In this document: piece after piece, positions 10,422-19,716 of the stretch
Position numbering within the stretch: position 1 is the stretch's first letter
Layout of the letters: each line of letters begins with the position of its first letter
Origin: Desulfobacterales bacterium S7086C20
GTDB lineage: Bacteria > Desulfobacterota > Desulfobacteria > Desulfobacterales > C00003060
Direction of reading: 5' to 3'
NCBI GenBank assembly: GCA_001751075.1
Contig: MAVP01000003.1
Span: 1 to 41,467 of the forward strand
Length of the DNA: 41,467 bases
Notes under the pieces: model-generated
The model's input: only the letters and a program-made list of their open reading frames with translations
The model's database searches: none
What the model was told of the DNA's origin: nothing
Program-made: the position numbers and the translations under genes

Positions 10422-11231
10422 ATGAAAACAAAGATATTGGGACATCTGAAAAGAGAATCAAGGATGGTCATAGGTTTGACCATCCTTGTATATATAACCC
10501 TCGTTTCGCTTGAAACAGGTCATAGCGCCCAGGAGTTTCCGAAACCTAGAGGCCTTGTCAACGATTTTGCAAATGTAGTCTCCCCTCAACATGAACAAAA
10601 ATTGGTTCAAATTACCAAAGAACTTCTGGAAAAGACAGGTGTGTCTGTCGTTGTGGTGGTTGTGCCTGACATTGGCGGTGAAGACTATAATGAATATGCT
10701 ACTCGCCTTTATGCTGACTGGGGCATAGGAAAAAAGGGGAAGGATCAAGGGGTCCTTATCTTTGTTACCGTCAAAGAGCGCAAGATGCGTATTGAAATAG
10801 GTTATGGGCTTGAAGGGCTAATCCCCGACGGCATGGCGGGTGAGATCCGTGACAGATATATGGTTCCGTATCTGAAGCAGGACCGTTTCGGTGAGGGGCT
10901 TTTGAATGGTACCTTGGTGATCTCACAAATTATTGCCAAGGATGCCGGCATAAGCATGTCCAGCAAAAGCCCCCGCAGGAAAGTTTCAAAGAAAACGTCC
11001 GGTTATTCAAGTTTATTGTTTTTATTGATTTTTCTTGGACTCGCTTTTCTTGGCGGAAGAAGAAGGGGTGGCCTGTTTCCCCTGTTGCTTATTATGGCTA
11101 TGGGACGCGGTGGATATGGGGCGGGTTACAGCAGGGGCGGCTTCGGAGGAAGTTTCGGAGGTTTTGGTGGTGGTTTCGGAGGTTTTGGAGGGGGCTTAAG
11201 TGGTGGAGGTGGAGCCGGTGGAGGGTTTTAA
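10422..11231 (+). CDS. TPM domain (YgcG-like) membrane protein
   Basis: VNDFANV, WGIGKKGKDQGVL, RIEIGYGLEG, TM helix, Gly-rich tail. Confidence 0.9.
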   Translation: MKTKILGHLKRESRMVIGLTILVYITLVSLETGHSAQEFPKPRGLVNDFANVVSPQHEQKLVQITKELLEKTGVSVVVVVVPDIGGEDYNEYATRLYADWGIGKKGKDQGVLIFVTVKERKMRIEIGYGLEGLIPDGMAGEIRDRYMVPYLKQDRFGEGLLNGTLVISQIIAKDAGISMSSKSPRRKVSKKTSGYSSLLFLLIFLGLAFLGGRRRGGLFPLLLIMAMGRGGYGAGYSRGGFGGSFGGFGGGFGGFGGGLSGGGGAGGGF

Positions 11232-11244
11232 AGGAGAATAGCTT

Positions 11245-11982
11245 ATGGCGCGGGTACCAAAAGATCCAAGGGACATATTCCCTAGTATTGTTGATGATTA
11301 TAAGGGAGTCTTTGGTGATGGCCTTGTTTCGATAATCGTCTACGGGAGTACGGCGTGTGGCGAGTATGTTGCCGGTACGTCGGATATCAATCTCATGATC
11401 GTAGTCTCTGAGGATAAGATCGATTCCCTTGAGCAGGCATTTGGAGTCATTAAAAAGTGGAGAAAACATAATGTAGCTACTCCTTTGCTCTTGACGGAAG
11501 ATTATGTGAGGACATCGCTTGATGTCTTTCCTATTGAATATCTGAATTTCCAAAATTGCCATGAAGTGGTGTATGGGAAGGACATCCTAGATGAACTCAC
11601 CTTCGATCCATATCTGTTGAGACTGCAGTGTGAAAGGGAAATTAAGGGCAAATTGCTGTTGCTTCGAGAAGGTTTTCTGGAAACAAGGGGAAAAGGGAGA
11701 TATATCCAGGAGTTGATTTCGGATTCACTTCATGCCTTCATTGCCATTTTCAATGGGCTCCTCCATCTTAAGGGCAAGGAGCTGCCCCGGAATGGACGTG
11801 ATGTCGTCACGGAAATTTGTGCGACTTTTGGTTTGGATTTGGTCGTTTTTGAAAGACTTCTTGACATCAAGGCGAAAAGGATTAAGCCTTCCGCCAAAGA
11901 GCTGACCGAGCTTTTCAAATCTTACCTGAAAGAGGTTCGCAGGTTGTGGAAGGTTGTCGATATTCTGGAAATAGGGACCTAG
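11245..11982 (+). CDS. Nucleotidyltransferase-fold hypothetical protein
   Basis: VYGSTACGEY..SDINL (GS..D motif), DVFPIEY. Confidence 0.7.
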   Translation: MARVPKDPRDIFPSIVDDYKGVFGDGLVSIIVYGSTACGEYVAGTSDINLMIVVSEDKIDSLEQAFGVIKKWRKHNVATPLLLTEDYVRTSLDVFPIEYLNFQNCHEVVYGKDILDELTFDPYLLRLQCEREIKGKLLLLREGFLETRGKGRYIQELISDSLHAFIAIFNGLLHLKGKELPRNGRDVVTEICATFGLDLVVFERLLDIKAKRIKPSAKELTELFKSYLKEVRRLWKVVDILEIGT

Positions 11983-12027
11983 GCATTTGAAGCCGATTTC
12001 AAGGTCTTCGTCTCATAGCATTAAAAT

Positions 12028-12134
12028 TGACGGTTTCGTAAAAAGTTTGATTTTGCTCTTTTCGTGCACGATTCCGGATCTCTTGCCAGAATCGTGCATT
12101 GTTATTCGCAGAATGACTTTTTACGAGTCAATCA
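12028..12134. repeat. Palindromic miniature element, family A, copy 2 (internally deleted)
   Basis: Same ends and outer arms as 10111-10325, with the central ~110 bp missing; AAAATT on both sides. Confidence 0.8.
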
Positions 12135-12151
12135 AAATTGGAGGCATCTAA

Positions 12152-12727
12152 ATGACAAAAGGACAGAAAATCGGACTGATTGTTATAGCGGTTATTATAC
12201 TTGCGTTGGTTATCCCCTATTCATACTTGAAAGGGACGTATAACAGCCTTGTTCAAATGGATGAGACGGTAAAGGGGGCGTGGGCACAGGTTGAAAATCA
12301 GCTTCAACGTCGCTACGACTTGATACCAAACTATGTAGAGACGGTAAAAGGGTATGCCAAGCATGAAAAAGAGGTCTTTGTAAAAGTTACACAGGCGCGT
12401 TCCAGGGTGGCTGGCGCCGGTACAGTCCAGGAAAAAATGGAGGCAAACAACAGATTGTCTTCAGCCTTGGCACGACTTTTGATAGTAGTCGAAAGGTACC
12501 CTCAATTAAAGGCGAATACCAATTTTATTCGACTCCAAGATGAACTGGCTGGTACGGAAAACAGGATTGCCGTGGAGCGTCGCCGTTTCAACGAATCGGT
12601 AAGGGTATATAATACAAAAGTCCGGAGCTTCCCGACCAATTTTGTTGCAAATATGTTTGGTTTTGAGAAGGCTGTCTTTTTTGAGGTCCCAAAGGAAAAG
12701 CAGGAGGTTCCCAAGATAAAGTTTTAA
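12152..12727 (+). CDS. lemA: LemA family protein
   Basis: YNSLV..E..WAQVENQLQRRYDLIPN, ERYPQLKAN, ENRIAVERRRFN. Confidence 0.93.
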   Translation: MTKGQKIGLIVIAVIILALVIPYSYLKGTYNSLVQMDETVKGAWAQVENQLQRRYDLIPNYVETVKGYAKHEKEVFVKVTQARSRVAGAGTVQEKMEANNRLSSALARLLIVVERYPQLKANTNFIRLQDELAGTENRIAVERRRFNESVRVYNTKVRSFPTNFVANMFGFEKAVFFEVPKEKQEVPKIKF

Positions 12728-12729
12728 CT

Positions 12730-12821
12730 AGTTTCCATCCATAAATGGCCCTTTTTCCTCTGAGCTGCGTTCTCCGCGGGTTTGCTCAGACAAAATATTG
12801 CTCATTTCTGAATTGGAAACT
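12730..12821. repeat. Degenerate short inverted-repeat element related to family B
   Basis: Imperfect TIR AGTTTCCATCCATAAATG / CATTTCTGAATTGGAAACT; subterminal AATGGCCCTTTTTCC and AAAATATTGCTCATT resemble 30328-30469. Confidence 0.5.
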
Positions 12822-12904
12822 CACGCTAACGCCCATTTGGTTAAAAATATCTATGGATGGACACTAACTATAGAAATCAAAGGCATAGGAGCAAAGTAAC
12901 AACA

Positions 12905-13918
12905 ATGAAAAAAGAAGATGCAATCTCGTTGGACCATGGCAGTGGGGGCAGAGCATCCCATGAACTGATAACCCGCGTTTTCCTGCCGGGATTTGATAAT
13001 GCCCTCCTGGACAGCTTGGAAGATAGTACTGTTTTCGAGGTAGGAGATCACAGGATGGCGTTTTCGACAGATTCCTATACGGTTGATCCAATCTTTTTCC
13101 CTGGTGGAGATATTGGGTGTTTGGCTGTACATGGCACCGTAAATGATATTGCTATGCGAGGGGCCGAACCCCTATATCTCAGTGTGGGCTTCATTATTGA
13201 AGAAGGATTTCCTATGGCCGACCTTGAGCGGATCTTAAAATCAATGAAAGAAGCGGCTGACACGGCCGGTGTACAGATTATTACGGGAGATACAAAGGTG
13301 GTAAATCGCGGTAGCGTTGACAAGATTTTTATTAATACCTCTGGGATTGGTATCATAAAGAGCAAGAGCGATATTGCCGGGAAGAATGCAAGAGTTGGAG
13401 ATTCAGTTTTAGTGAGTGGTACCATGGGAGATCATGGTGTTGCCGTCCTTTCTATGCGCGAAGGCCTTTCTTTTAAAGCTCCGATTCAAAGCGATTCTGC
13501 TCCCCTGAATGGCTTGGTGGCAGATATGATGGCTGCCAGTGATATGATTCATGCAATGCGCGATCCCACCCGTGGCGGGCTTGTTACAACCCTCAATGAA
13601 ATTGCCCTCCAGTCAGATGTGGGAATTGAACTAGTTGAGGACCAAATACCGTTGCGGGAAGGTGTGGAAGGGGCATGTGAACTCCTCGGCCTTGATCCTC
13701 TTTATCTTGCCAATGAAGGCAAGCTTATAGCCTTTGTAGATCCTGCGGATGTACAAAAGGTTCTGGAAACTATGAAGAAAAATCCCTATGGGCGCGAATC
13801 TGTCGTTATTGGCACGGTGGTAGCGGAGAATCAGGGAAAGGTATTTATGAAAACCGGCATTGGCGGTACCCGGATTCTCGACATGCTGACTGGTGAACAG
13901 TTACCGCGTATATGTTAG
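12905..13918 (+). CDS. hypE: Hydrogenase maturation carbamoyl dehydratase
   Basis: HGSGG, PIFFPGGDIG, GDTKVV, RDPTRGG, ANEG, C-terminal LPRIC. Confidence 0.95.
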   Translation: MKKEDAISLDHGSGGRASHELITRVFLPGFDNALLDSLEDSTVFEVGDHRMAFSTDSYTVDPIFFPGGDIGCLAVHGTVNDIAMRGAEPLYLSVGFIIEEGFPMADLERILKSMKEAADTAGVQIITGDTKVVNRGSVDKIFINTSGIGIIKSKSDIAGKNARVGDSVLVSGTMGDHGVAVLSMREGLSFKAPIQSDSAPLNGLVADMMAASDMIHAMRDPTRGGLVTTLNEIALQSDVGIELVEDQIPLREGVEGACELLGLDPLYLANEGKLIAFVDPADVQKVLETMKKNPYGRESVVIGTVVAENQGKVFMKTGIGGTRILDMLTGEQLPRIC

Positions 13919-14016
13919 AACTTAGGTAACATCTCAAAAAGTCCTGGCGTTACACCTGGCAAAGAAAAGATCCCCTTGCCCTAGCTTATTGAGGACTTAC
14001 GAACTTAGAGGTTATT

Positions 14017-15912
14017 ATGTTACATTTGATGAGAAAACATGCAGGTTCTTGGTTGATAAAGGTTGTGCTGGGTGTAATTGTAGTAGTCTTTGTCTTCTGG
14101 GGGGTTGGCAGCTATCGGGAGCGGCAAGGAAACCGTGTTGCAATTGTTAATGGCGAAGTGATTGCCTTGGATGAATATCGCGGAGCATATAAGCGGCTAA
14201 TGGAGCAGTACCGAGAGCAGTTTGGCGATGCCTTGGACCAGAAACTACTCAAAAGCCTCAATCTAAGGGAACAGGTGTTGGAACAGTTGATTAACCGTCG
14301 GCTCCTTTTGCAAGAGGCCGGCCATCTGGGGCTGCAGGTAGGCAATGATGAGCTGTTAAAGGCTATTCAAGGAATTGGTGCATTTCACGAGAATGGCCGG
14401 TTTAGTTCTAGGCAGTATCGGCGTACGATTGCTGCCAACCGAATGACTCCTGAGGTGTTTGAACAAAGCATGAAAGAGGATCTGCTCGCAGAAAAGATGC
14501 GAGGGATTGTTCTCGGGAGCATTAAGGTGTCAGATGCGGAGGCGTTGGAAACATTCAAATGGCGTGAAGAGATGGTCAGTATCGAATATATGAGGTTTGA
14601 ACCCTCTGCCTACAAAGATGTAAAGATAGCCCCGGAGGAGATTGAGTCTTATTTTTCCAGCCACGAGAAAGCATACGAGATACCACCGAAGATACGTGTT
14701 GGGTATGTGCGGTTTGGTTTCAAGGCATTTGAATCGCAGGCCGATATCTCAGACAATGATATCAAAGAATATTTTGAACTCAACAAGGAGACCTATGCCA
14801 CACCAAAAAAGGTTAGGGCTCGGCACATCCTTTTTCGGATAGAACCGGGATCTACGCAAGAACAACGTGATGAATTGCGAAATAAGGCCTGGGTTCTCAT
14901 GGAACAGGCAAGATCCGGGAAAGACTTTGCCAAGCTGGCGAAGGAATATTCTGATGATCCGGGCACCAAAAATAAAGGTGGTGACCTGGGATATTTTGCG
15001 AAAGATCGGATGGTAAAGCCCTTTTCTGATGCCGCTTTTGCAATGAAATCCGGCGAGATTAGTGAGCCGATTCTAAGTCGATTTGGCTGGCATATTATAA
15101 AGGTTGAGGCAATCCAGGAAGCCAAAGAGCCTGTCATAACTGATATCCAGGACGAGATTCGCAACAAACTTGTTAAAAAGGCGGCCAGAAGACTTGCCTA
15201 TGACATGACAGAAGAGTTCTATGATGCCAGTTATGGGATTGGTCATATTGCTGATGTGGCAAAAAGGCGTGGGGTAGAGGTGCTTGAAACAGCCTTTTTT
15301 GCGCGCAATGATCGCGTGGATGGAATCAAGGAGGCGCTAAAATTTGCGAAGGTTGCTTTTAATCTCAATGATAACGAGACAAGTGAACCGTTGGAATTGA
15401 CAGACGGATACTATATACTTGAGGTAATCGGCAAAAAAGAGGCCCAGATCCCTGAGTTAACTTTTGTTGAAGAAAAGGTGTACAATGACCTGACAAAGGT
15501 CACACAAAATGAGCTGGCAAGAAAGGATGCTGATAAGTTCTTACAAGCCGTAAAGGATGGGGCTGAGTTTCAAGCCGCGGCCGAGGACTTTGAGCCAAAG
15601 GTTGAGACTACAGACTTCTTCAAGCGATTTGATTCAGTTCCAGGTATTGGCCGCGAACAGAATTTGGCGGAACTTGCCTTCTCCTTAAGCCAGACAAAAC
15701 CATTGCCGGACAGAGTAATAAAGGGAAGAAAGGCCTACAATGTAATCCACTTGAAAGAGCGGCAAGATGCTGACGTTAAGGATTTTGAAGCAAAAAAAAC
15801 GCAGATCAAGTCTGGGATTATTTCAGAGAAACGTCAGGCACTGATGAATGAATGGTTCGCGCAGCTGCGCCGGCAGGGCGAGGTTTCCATTCAGAAAGGG
15901 TTTTTAGACTAA
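14017..15912 (+). CDS. PpiD-like SurA-N/parvulin peptidyl-prolyl isomerase
   Basis: N-terminal TM segment, RARHIL, FAKLAKEYSDDP, GGDLG, FGWHII. Confidence 0.9.
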   Translation: MLHLMRKHAGSWLIKVVLGVIVVVFVFWGVGSYRERQGNRVAIVNGEVIALDEYRGAYKRLMEQYREQFGDALDQKLLKSLNLREQVLEQLINRRLLLQEAGHLGLQVGNDELLKAIQGIGAFHENGRFSSRQYRRTIAANRMTPEVFEQSMKEDLLAEKMRGIVLGSIKVSDAEALETFKWREEMVSIEYMRFEPSAYKDVKIAPEEIESYFSSHEKAYEIPPKIRVGYVRFGFKAFESQADISDNDIKEYFELNKETYATPKKVRARHILFRIEPGSTQEQRDELRNKAWVLMEQARSGKDFAKLAKEYSDDPGTKNKGGDLGYFAKDRMVKPFSDAAFAMKSGEISEPILSRFGWHIIKVEAIQEAKEPVITDIQDEIRNKLVKKAARRLAYDMTEEFYDASYGIGHIADVAKRRGVEVLETAFFARNDRVDGIKEALKFAKVAFNLNDNETSEPLELTDGYYILEVIGKKEAQIPELTFVEEKVYNDLTKVTQNELARKDADKFLQAVKDGAEFQAAAEDFEPKVETTDFFKRFDSVPGIGREQNLAELAFSLSQTKPLPDRVIKGRKAYNVIHLKERQDADVKDFEAKKTQIKSGIISEKRQALMNEWFAQLRRQGEVSIQKGFLD

Positions 15913-16253
15913 TGCATGAAGTTTCCATTGCAATGGGTCTGATCAAGATGCTCGAAGATGAGACCAAGAAACACGGGGCCTCGCGAGTTACGCAAGTAAA
16001 TGTTCGGATAGGTGAGCTTTCAGCCTGCGTTCCAGATTCGCTTCAATTCGCTTTTGAGGTTGCTACTGAAGGCACTGTTGCGCAGGGGGCCGAACTCAAC
16101 ATAGAGGTAGTGCCCGCTAAAGGGCGATGTGGTGGTTGTGATATAGAGTTTCATGTGGAAGATGCCATATTCCTCTGCCCTCAATGCAATCAAATAGTCT
16201 CAGAAATCATTTCCGGTAGGGAACTCGAACTTACCAATTTTGAAGCGGAATAA
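15912..16253 (+). CDS. hypA: Hydrogenase nickel metallochaperone
   Basis: MHEVSIA N-terminus, CGGC and CPQC, GREL; ATG overlaps the upstream TAA. Confidence 0.93.
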   Translation: MHEVSIAMGLIKMLEDETKKHGASRVTQVNVRIGELSACVPDSLQFAFEVATEGTVAQGAELNIEVVPAKGRCGGCDIEFHVEDAIFLCPQCNQIVSEIISGRELELTNFEAE

Positions 16254-16272
16254 TCCGTTTGGTTCAAAACAG

Positions 16273-16494
16273 ATGAAGTTAAATCTAAAAAACTTCACTA
16301 CCTCCCTTCTTTTCTTGCTAGGTTTCCTGTTGTTCTATAAGTTTCTCAATTCGATTATGCCAAGCACGGGGAGGTGGACGTTCTTATACCCCTTGATGTT
16401 GTTAATACTCGCCCTTGTACTGATCGTGGTCGTGAGTTCAATCATGAAAAAGCGTGAACGCCTCGATGAAGACAAAAAACAGGGGCATCAATAG
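16273..16494 (+). CDS. Small hypothetical membrane protein (2 TM)
   Basis: Two hydrophobic helices and a basic tail. Confidence 0.5.
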   Translation: MKLNLKNFTTSLLFLLGFLLFYKFLNSIMPSTGRWTFLYPLMLLILALVLIVVVSSIMKKRERLDEDKKQGHQ

Positions 16495-16596
16495 AAAGCC
16501 TCCTAGAACTTTACAAAAAAGCCTTTTCCACAAAAGGACTGCTGGGACAACAACCGCGGCCAAATCTATCAAATAGAGTTTGCGAGATCTTACACT

Positions 16597-19500
16597 ATGC
16601 CCACACCACTCATGGAGACACTCAGAAAACAGACCAAAGAGGAAACCATTTCTTACGAGTATACATACTGTCTTGACGGTGGTGAACTGGCTATTGCCGT
16701 AGGTAAAGACGAGAACCAGTACCGTATCAGTCTGATCACAGACATTGACGGACCGCTGATCCTTCATTGGGGTATTTCAAAACATTCTCGGCAGCAATGG
16801 GTCTTGCCGCCGGCCGACATACGTCCTAGTGGAACAGTTGTGCTTCAAGATAAGGCCGCCGAGACGACCTTTGCTGAAGAGGGTGATTACAGAAAAGTTC
16901 AACTAAACCTCGCGGGGAAAGATGCGCCAATCGGCATTCCCTTTGTCGTCAGGCAGGTTGGTACTGATCGTTGGATAAAAGATAATGGGCGCAATTTTTA
17001 TATTCCCGTTGCTGTTTCCCGGCAATACAAAGAGACTTTTAAAGACGTTGCTGTGGCAGGACTTGCCGATACGATCATTGAAAGGGAAATGGGTCCGCAC
17101 TCATGGACACTGATGCATCGCTTCAATCTGTGTTATGACCTGCTGGAAAGTATTGGAGGCAATGTTGAAGGATTAGCGCTGATCTATGTGTGGCTCCGAT
17201 TTTCCGCCTTGAGGCAACTGGACTGGCAGCGCAACTACAACACCCAACCAAGAGAATTGAGCCATGCCCAGGACCGTCTGACCCTTAAACTTGCTGAGCA
17301 GTATCAAAGACAACCACAAGGCCGAGAGTTTATCCGGCTGATACTTACTACCTTGGGCCGAGGCGGTGAAGGGCAGCGTGTGCGTGATGAGGTCTTAAAC
17401 ATTATGCACCGTCATCACATCAAGGAGATTTCAGGCCATTTCATGGAAGAATGGCACCAAAAACTGCATAACAACACCACACCTGATGATGTTGTTATCT
17501 GTGAGGCGTACCTGGCATTCCTCAAAGCAAACGGCAACCTTGACATCTTTTACAAGACTCTCGAGGCGGGTGGTGTTACCAGAAAACGATTGAAGGGCTT
17601 TGAGCGATCCATTGTGTCAGACCCTGATTTCATTGCCCACCTGAAAGAGGCATTGATCCACGATTTTGAACATTTCCTGGGTATCCTCAAAAGCGTTCAT
17701 AGCGGTACTGATCTTGGGACTGCCATCCATGCCGCCAGGCACCTGTTCGATAAAAAACTCCACGATCTAATGGATTTTATATGGGCCCATCGCGATGATC
17801 CGGGAACCCGGGCAGGGATACTCGTTGCAAAGATCGTTGAGGGGCGCCAACACTTGAAGATGCAACTAGAGTACGCCGGAACGAATGGCCGAGATGCGCT
17901 CTTCGTCGACCTTGCACTTGATGATTTCTTGCGTGTTGTCATAGAACGCAATCTTTGCCATGATATCAGCGGAGATGAATTAGCAGAACTGATCACAATG
18001 GTGACAGAAGACCTACTCATCACAGAAGAAAACGACGAACTTGAATACTCTTTGGGCCACTGGAAACGCCTCGGGCAGAGGCCCCGCTTTAAACAGCAGT
18101 GGTCGCTTGAAGCCAAGGCCGTGCTGGACCGTGTTGGGCGTGCCTTAGGTGCTGTAATAGACCGCTATTACCAGATCCTTCAGCCAATGGCGGAATTTCT
18201 AGGCACAGCCTTTGAGGCAGAACCTTGGATTATTACACTATTCAGTGAAGAAGTTGTGCGTGGCAGTCCCGCGTTTGCGCTGGCCGCACTCTTGCGTCAG
18301 ATTGATCCTGTATTGCGGAAAAGCGCCGAGCTTGGCAATTGGCAGGTAATCAGCCCCGGGCAGACAACGGGCATAGTCGATGTAGTCTCTAATATGCAGT
18401 CCATTCAGAGTAAAGACTTTTCGCAAAACACCGTCATCATTGCCGACATTATTACAGGGGCCGAGGAGATTCCGGCAAACATCAGTGCTATCATCACTCC
18501 GGATACAACCGATATCGTATCCCACGTGGCGATTCGTGCCAGAAATGCAAAAGTTCTTTTTGCTACGTGTTACGATAGTGATACAATTGCTCAGTTGAAG
18601 TCCATCAGAGGACACTGGCTCCAGCTAAGCGTGAATGTGGCCGGTGACGTGGTGTTTGAGGAAAGCCGGGAAGCGGATGCAAAAGATGCGAAGCCGCTTT
18701 CTGAGCAAAGCGCTATCCCACACCTCCTATCCCGGCCCGGATTTACCGATTATGCCGTAACCGCCGGTGAGTTTAATGAGGGAAACGTTGGGGGCAAATC
18801 CCACAACTTGAAACAGCTACATGGCAAAGTGCCGAATTGGATTCATTTGCCTGCTTCAGTGGCACTTCCCTTCGGGGTTTTCGAAGAGGTTCTTTTCCGA
18901 GAGGAAAACAGGAAGGTTTCCAAACAATACGAAGCACTGATTCATGATATCGATAAGGAAAAGGAGAATGCAAGGGATGAGATCCTTGGTAAACTCCGAA
19001 AAACTGTTATGTCCCTTGCCGCGCCCGAGGAATTGGTCTCTTGCCTTCGTGAAGCAATGTATGAAGCAAGGCTTCCTTGGCCGGAAAACTGGGAAGGCGC
19101 CTGGAGGGGCATCAAAGGGGTGTGGGCCTCAAAGTGGAATGACAGAGCACTTTTGAGCCGAAAGATCAGAGGAATACCTCATGACGATCTCTTCATGGCT
19201 GTCCTCATCCAAGAGGTGGTTGAGGCTGAATACAGTTTCGTGATTCATACTGTCAATCCTTTGACAGGTGACGGAAAAGAGGTGTATGCAGAGGTCGTTT
19301 CCGGCCTTGGAGAAACCTTGGTGGGCAATTACCCGGGAAGGGCTCTGAGCTTTACCTGTAACAAGGATGGGCTTAAACCAAAGATCAAGGCCTTTCCGAG
19401 CAAGAGCATTGGTCTTTTCGGTAGAGGGTTGATTTTCCGCTCTGATTCTAATGGAGAAGATCTCGCCGATTATGCGGGGGCTGGCCTGTATGACAGCATT

Positions 19501-19716
19501 ATGCTGGAGCCTCCGGTCAAGACCCGCTTGGATTATACCGAGGAATTGCTCATACAAGATGAAGATTTTAGAAACGAATTCATGGTTTCAGTTGCCACTA
19601 TTGGCGCCATAATTGAGGAGGCCTTGGGCTTTCCGCAAGATATCGAGGGAGCATATTGCAAGGGGCAATACCATGTAGTGCAAACGCGCCCACAGGTTGG
19701 AACTGCAAATGAGTAA
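16597..19716 (+). CDS. Alpha-glucan, water dikinase (GWD1/R1-like) with a CBM45-like N-terminus
   Basis: WQRNYNTQPRELSHAQ, GQRVRDEVL, MEEWHQKLHNNTTPDDVVICEAYL, phospho-His SHVAIRARN (His codon 18523), C-terminal ATP domain VWASKWNDRA, FRSDSNGEDLADYAGAGLYDS, QDIEG, VVQTRPQV. Confidence 0.9.
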   Translation: MPTPLMETLRKQTKEETISYEYTYCLDGGELAIAVGKDENQYRISLITDIDGPLILHWGISKHSRQQWVLPPADIRPSGTVVLQDKAAETTFAEEGDYRKVQLNLAGKDAPIGIPFVVRQVGTDRWIKDNGRNFYIPVAVSRQYKETFKDVAVAGLADTIIEREMGPHSWTLMHRFNLCYDLLESIGGNVEGLALIYVWLRFSALRQLDWQRNYNTQPRELSHAQDRLTLKLAEQYQRQPQGREFIRLILTTLGRGGEGQRVRDEVLNIMHRHHIKEISGHFMEEWHQKLHNNTTPDDVVICEAYLAFLKANGNLDIFYKTLEAGGVTRKRLKGFERSIVSDPDFIAHLKEALIHDFEHFLGILKSVHSGTDLGTAIHAARHLFDKKLHDLMDFIWAHRDDPGTRAGILVAKIVEGRQHLKMQLEYAGTNGRDALFVDLALDDFLRVVIERNLCHDISGDELAELITMVTEDLLITEENDELEYSLGHWKRLGQRPRFKQQWSLEAKAVLDRVGRALGAVIDRYYQILQPMAEFLGTAFEAEPWIITLFSEEVVRGSPAFALAALLRQIDPVLRKSAELGNWQVISPGQTTGIVDVVSNMQSIQSKDFSQNTVIIADIITGAEEIPANISAIITPDTTDIVSHVAIRARNAKVLFATCYDSDTIAQLKSIRGHWLQLSVNVAGDVVFEESREADAKDAKPLSEQSAIPHLLSRPGFTDYAVTAGEFNEGNVGGKSHNLKQLHGKVPNWIHLPASVALPFGVFEEVLFREENRKVSKQYEALIHDIDKEKENARDEILGKLRKTVMSLAAPEELVSCLREAMYEARLPWPENWEGAWRGIKGVWASKWNDRALLSRKIRGIPHDDLFMAVLIQEVVEAEYSFVIHTVNPLTGDGKEVYAEVVSGLGETLVGNYPGRALSFTCNKDGLKPKIKAFPSKSIGLFGRGLIFRSDSNGEDLADYAGAGLYDSIMLEPPVKTRLDYTEELLIQDEDFRNEFMVSVATIGAIIEEALGFPQDIEGAYCKGQYHVVQTRPQVGTANE

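Noticed and set aside
11100-11231. GGN-rich short repeats
   Set aside because: They encode the Gly-rich tail of the TPM protein; not a CRISPR or other non-coding array
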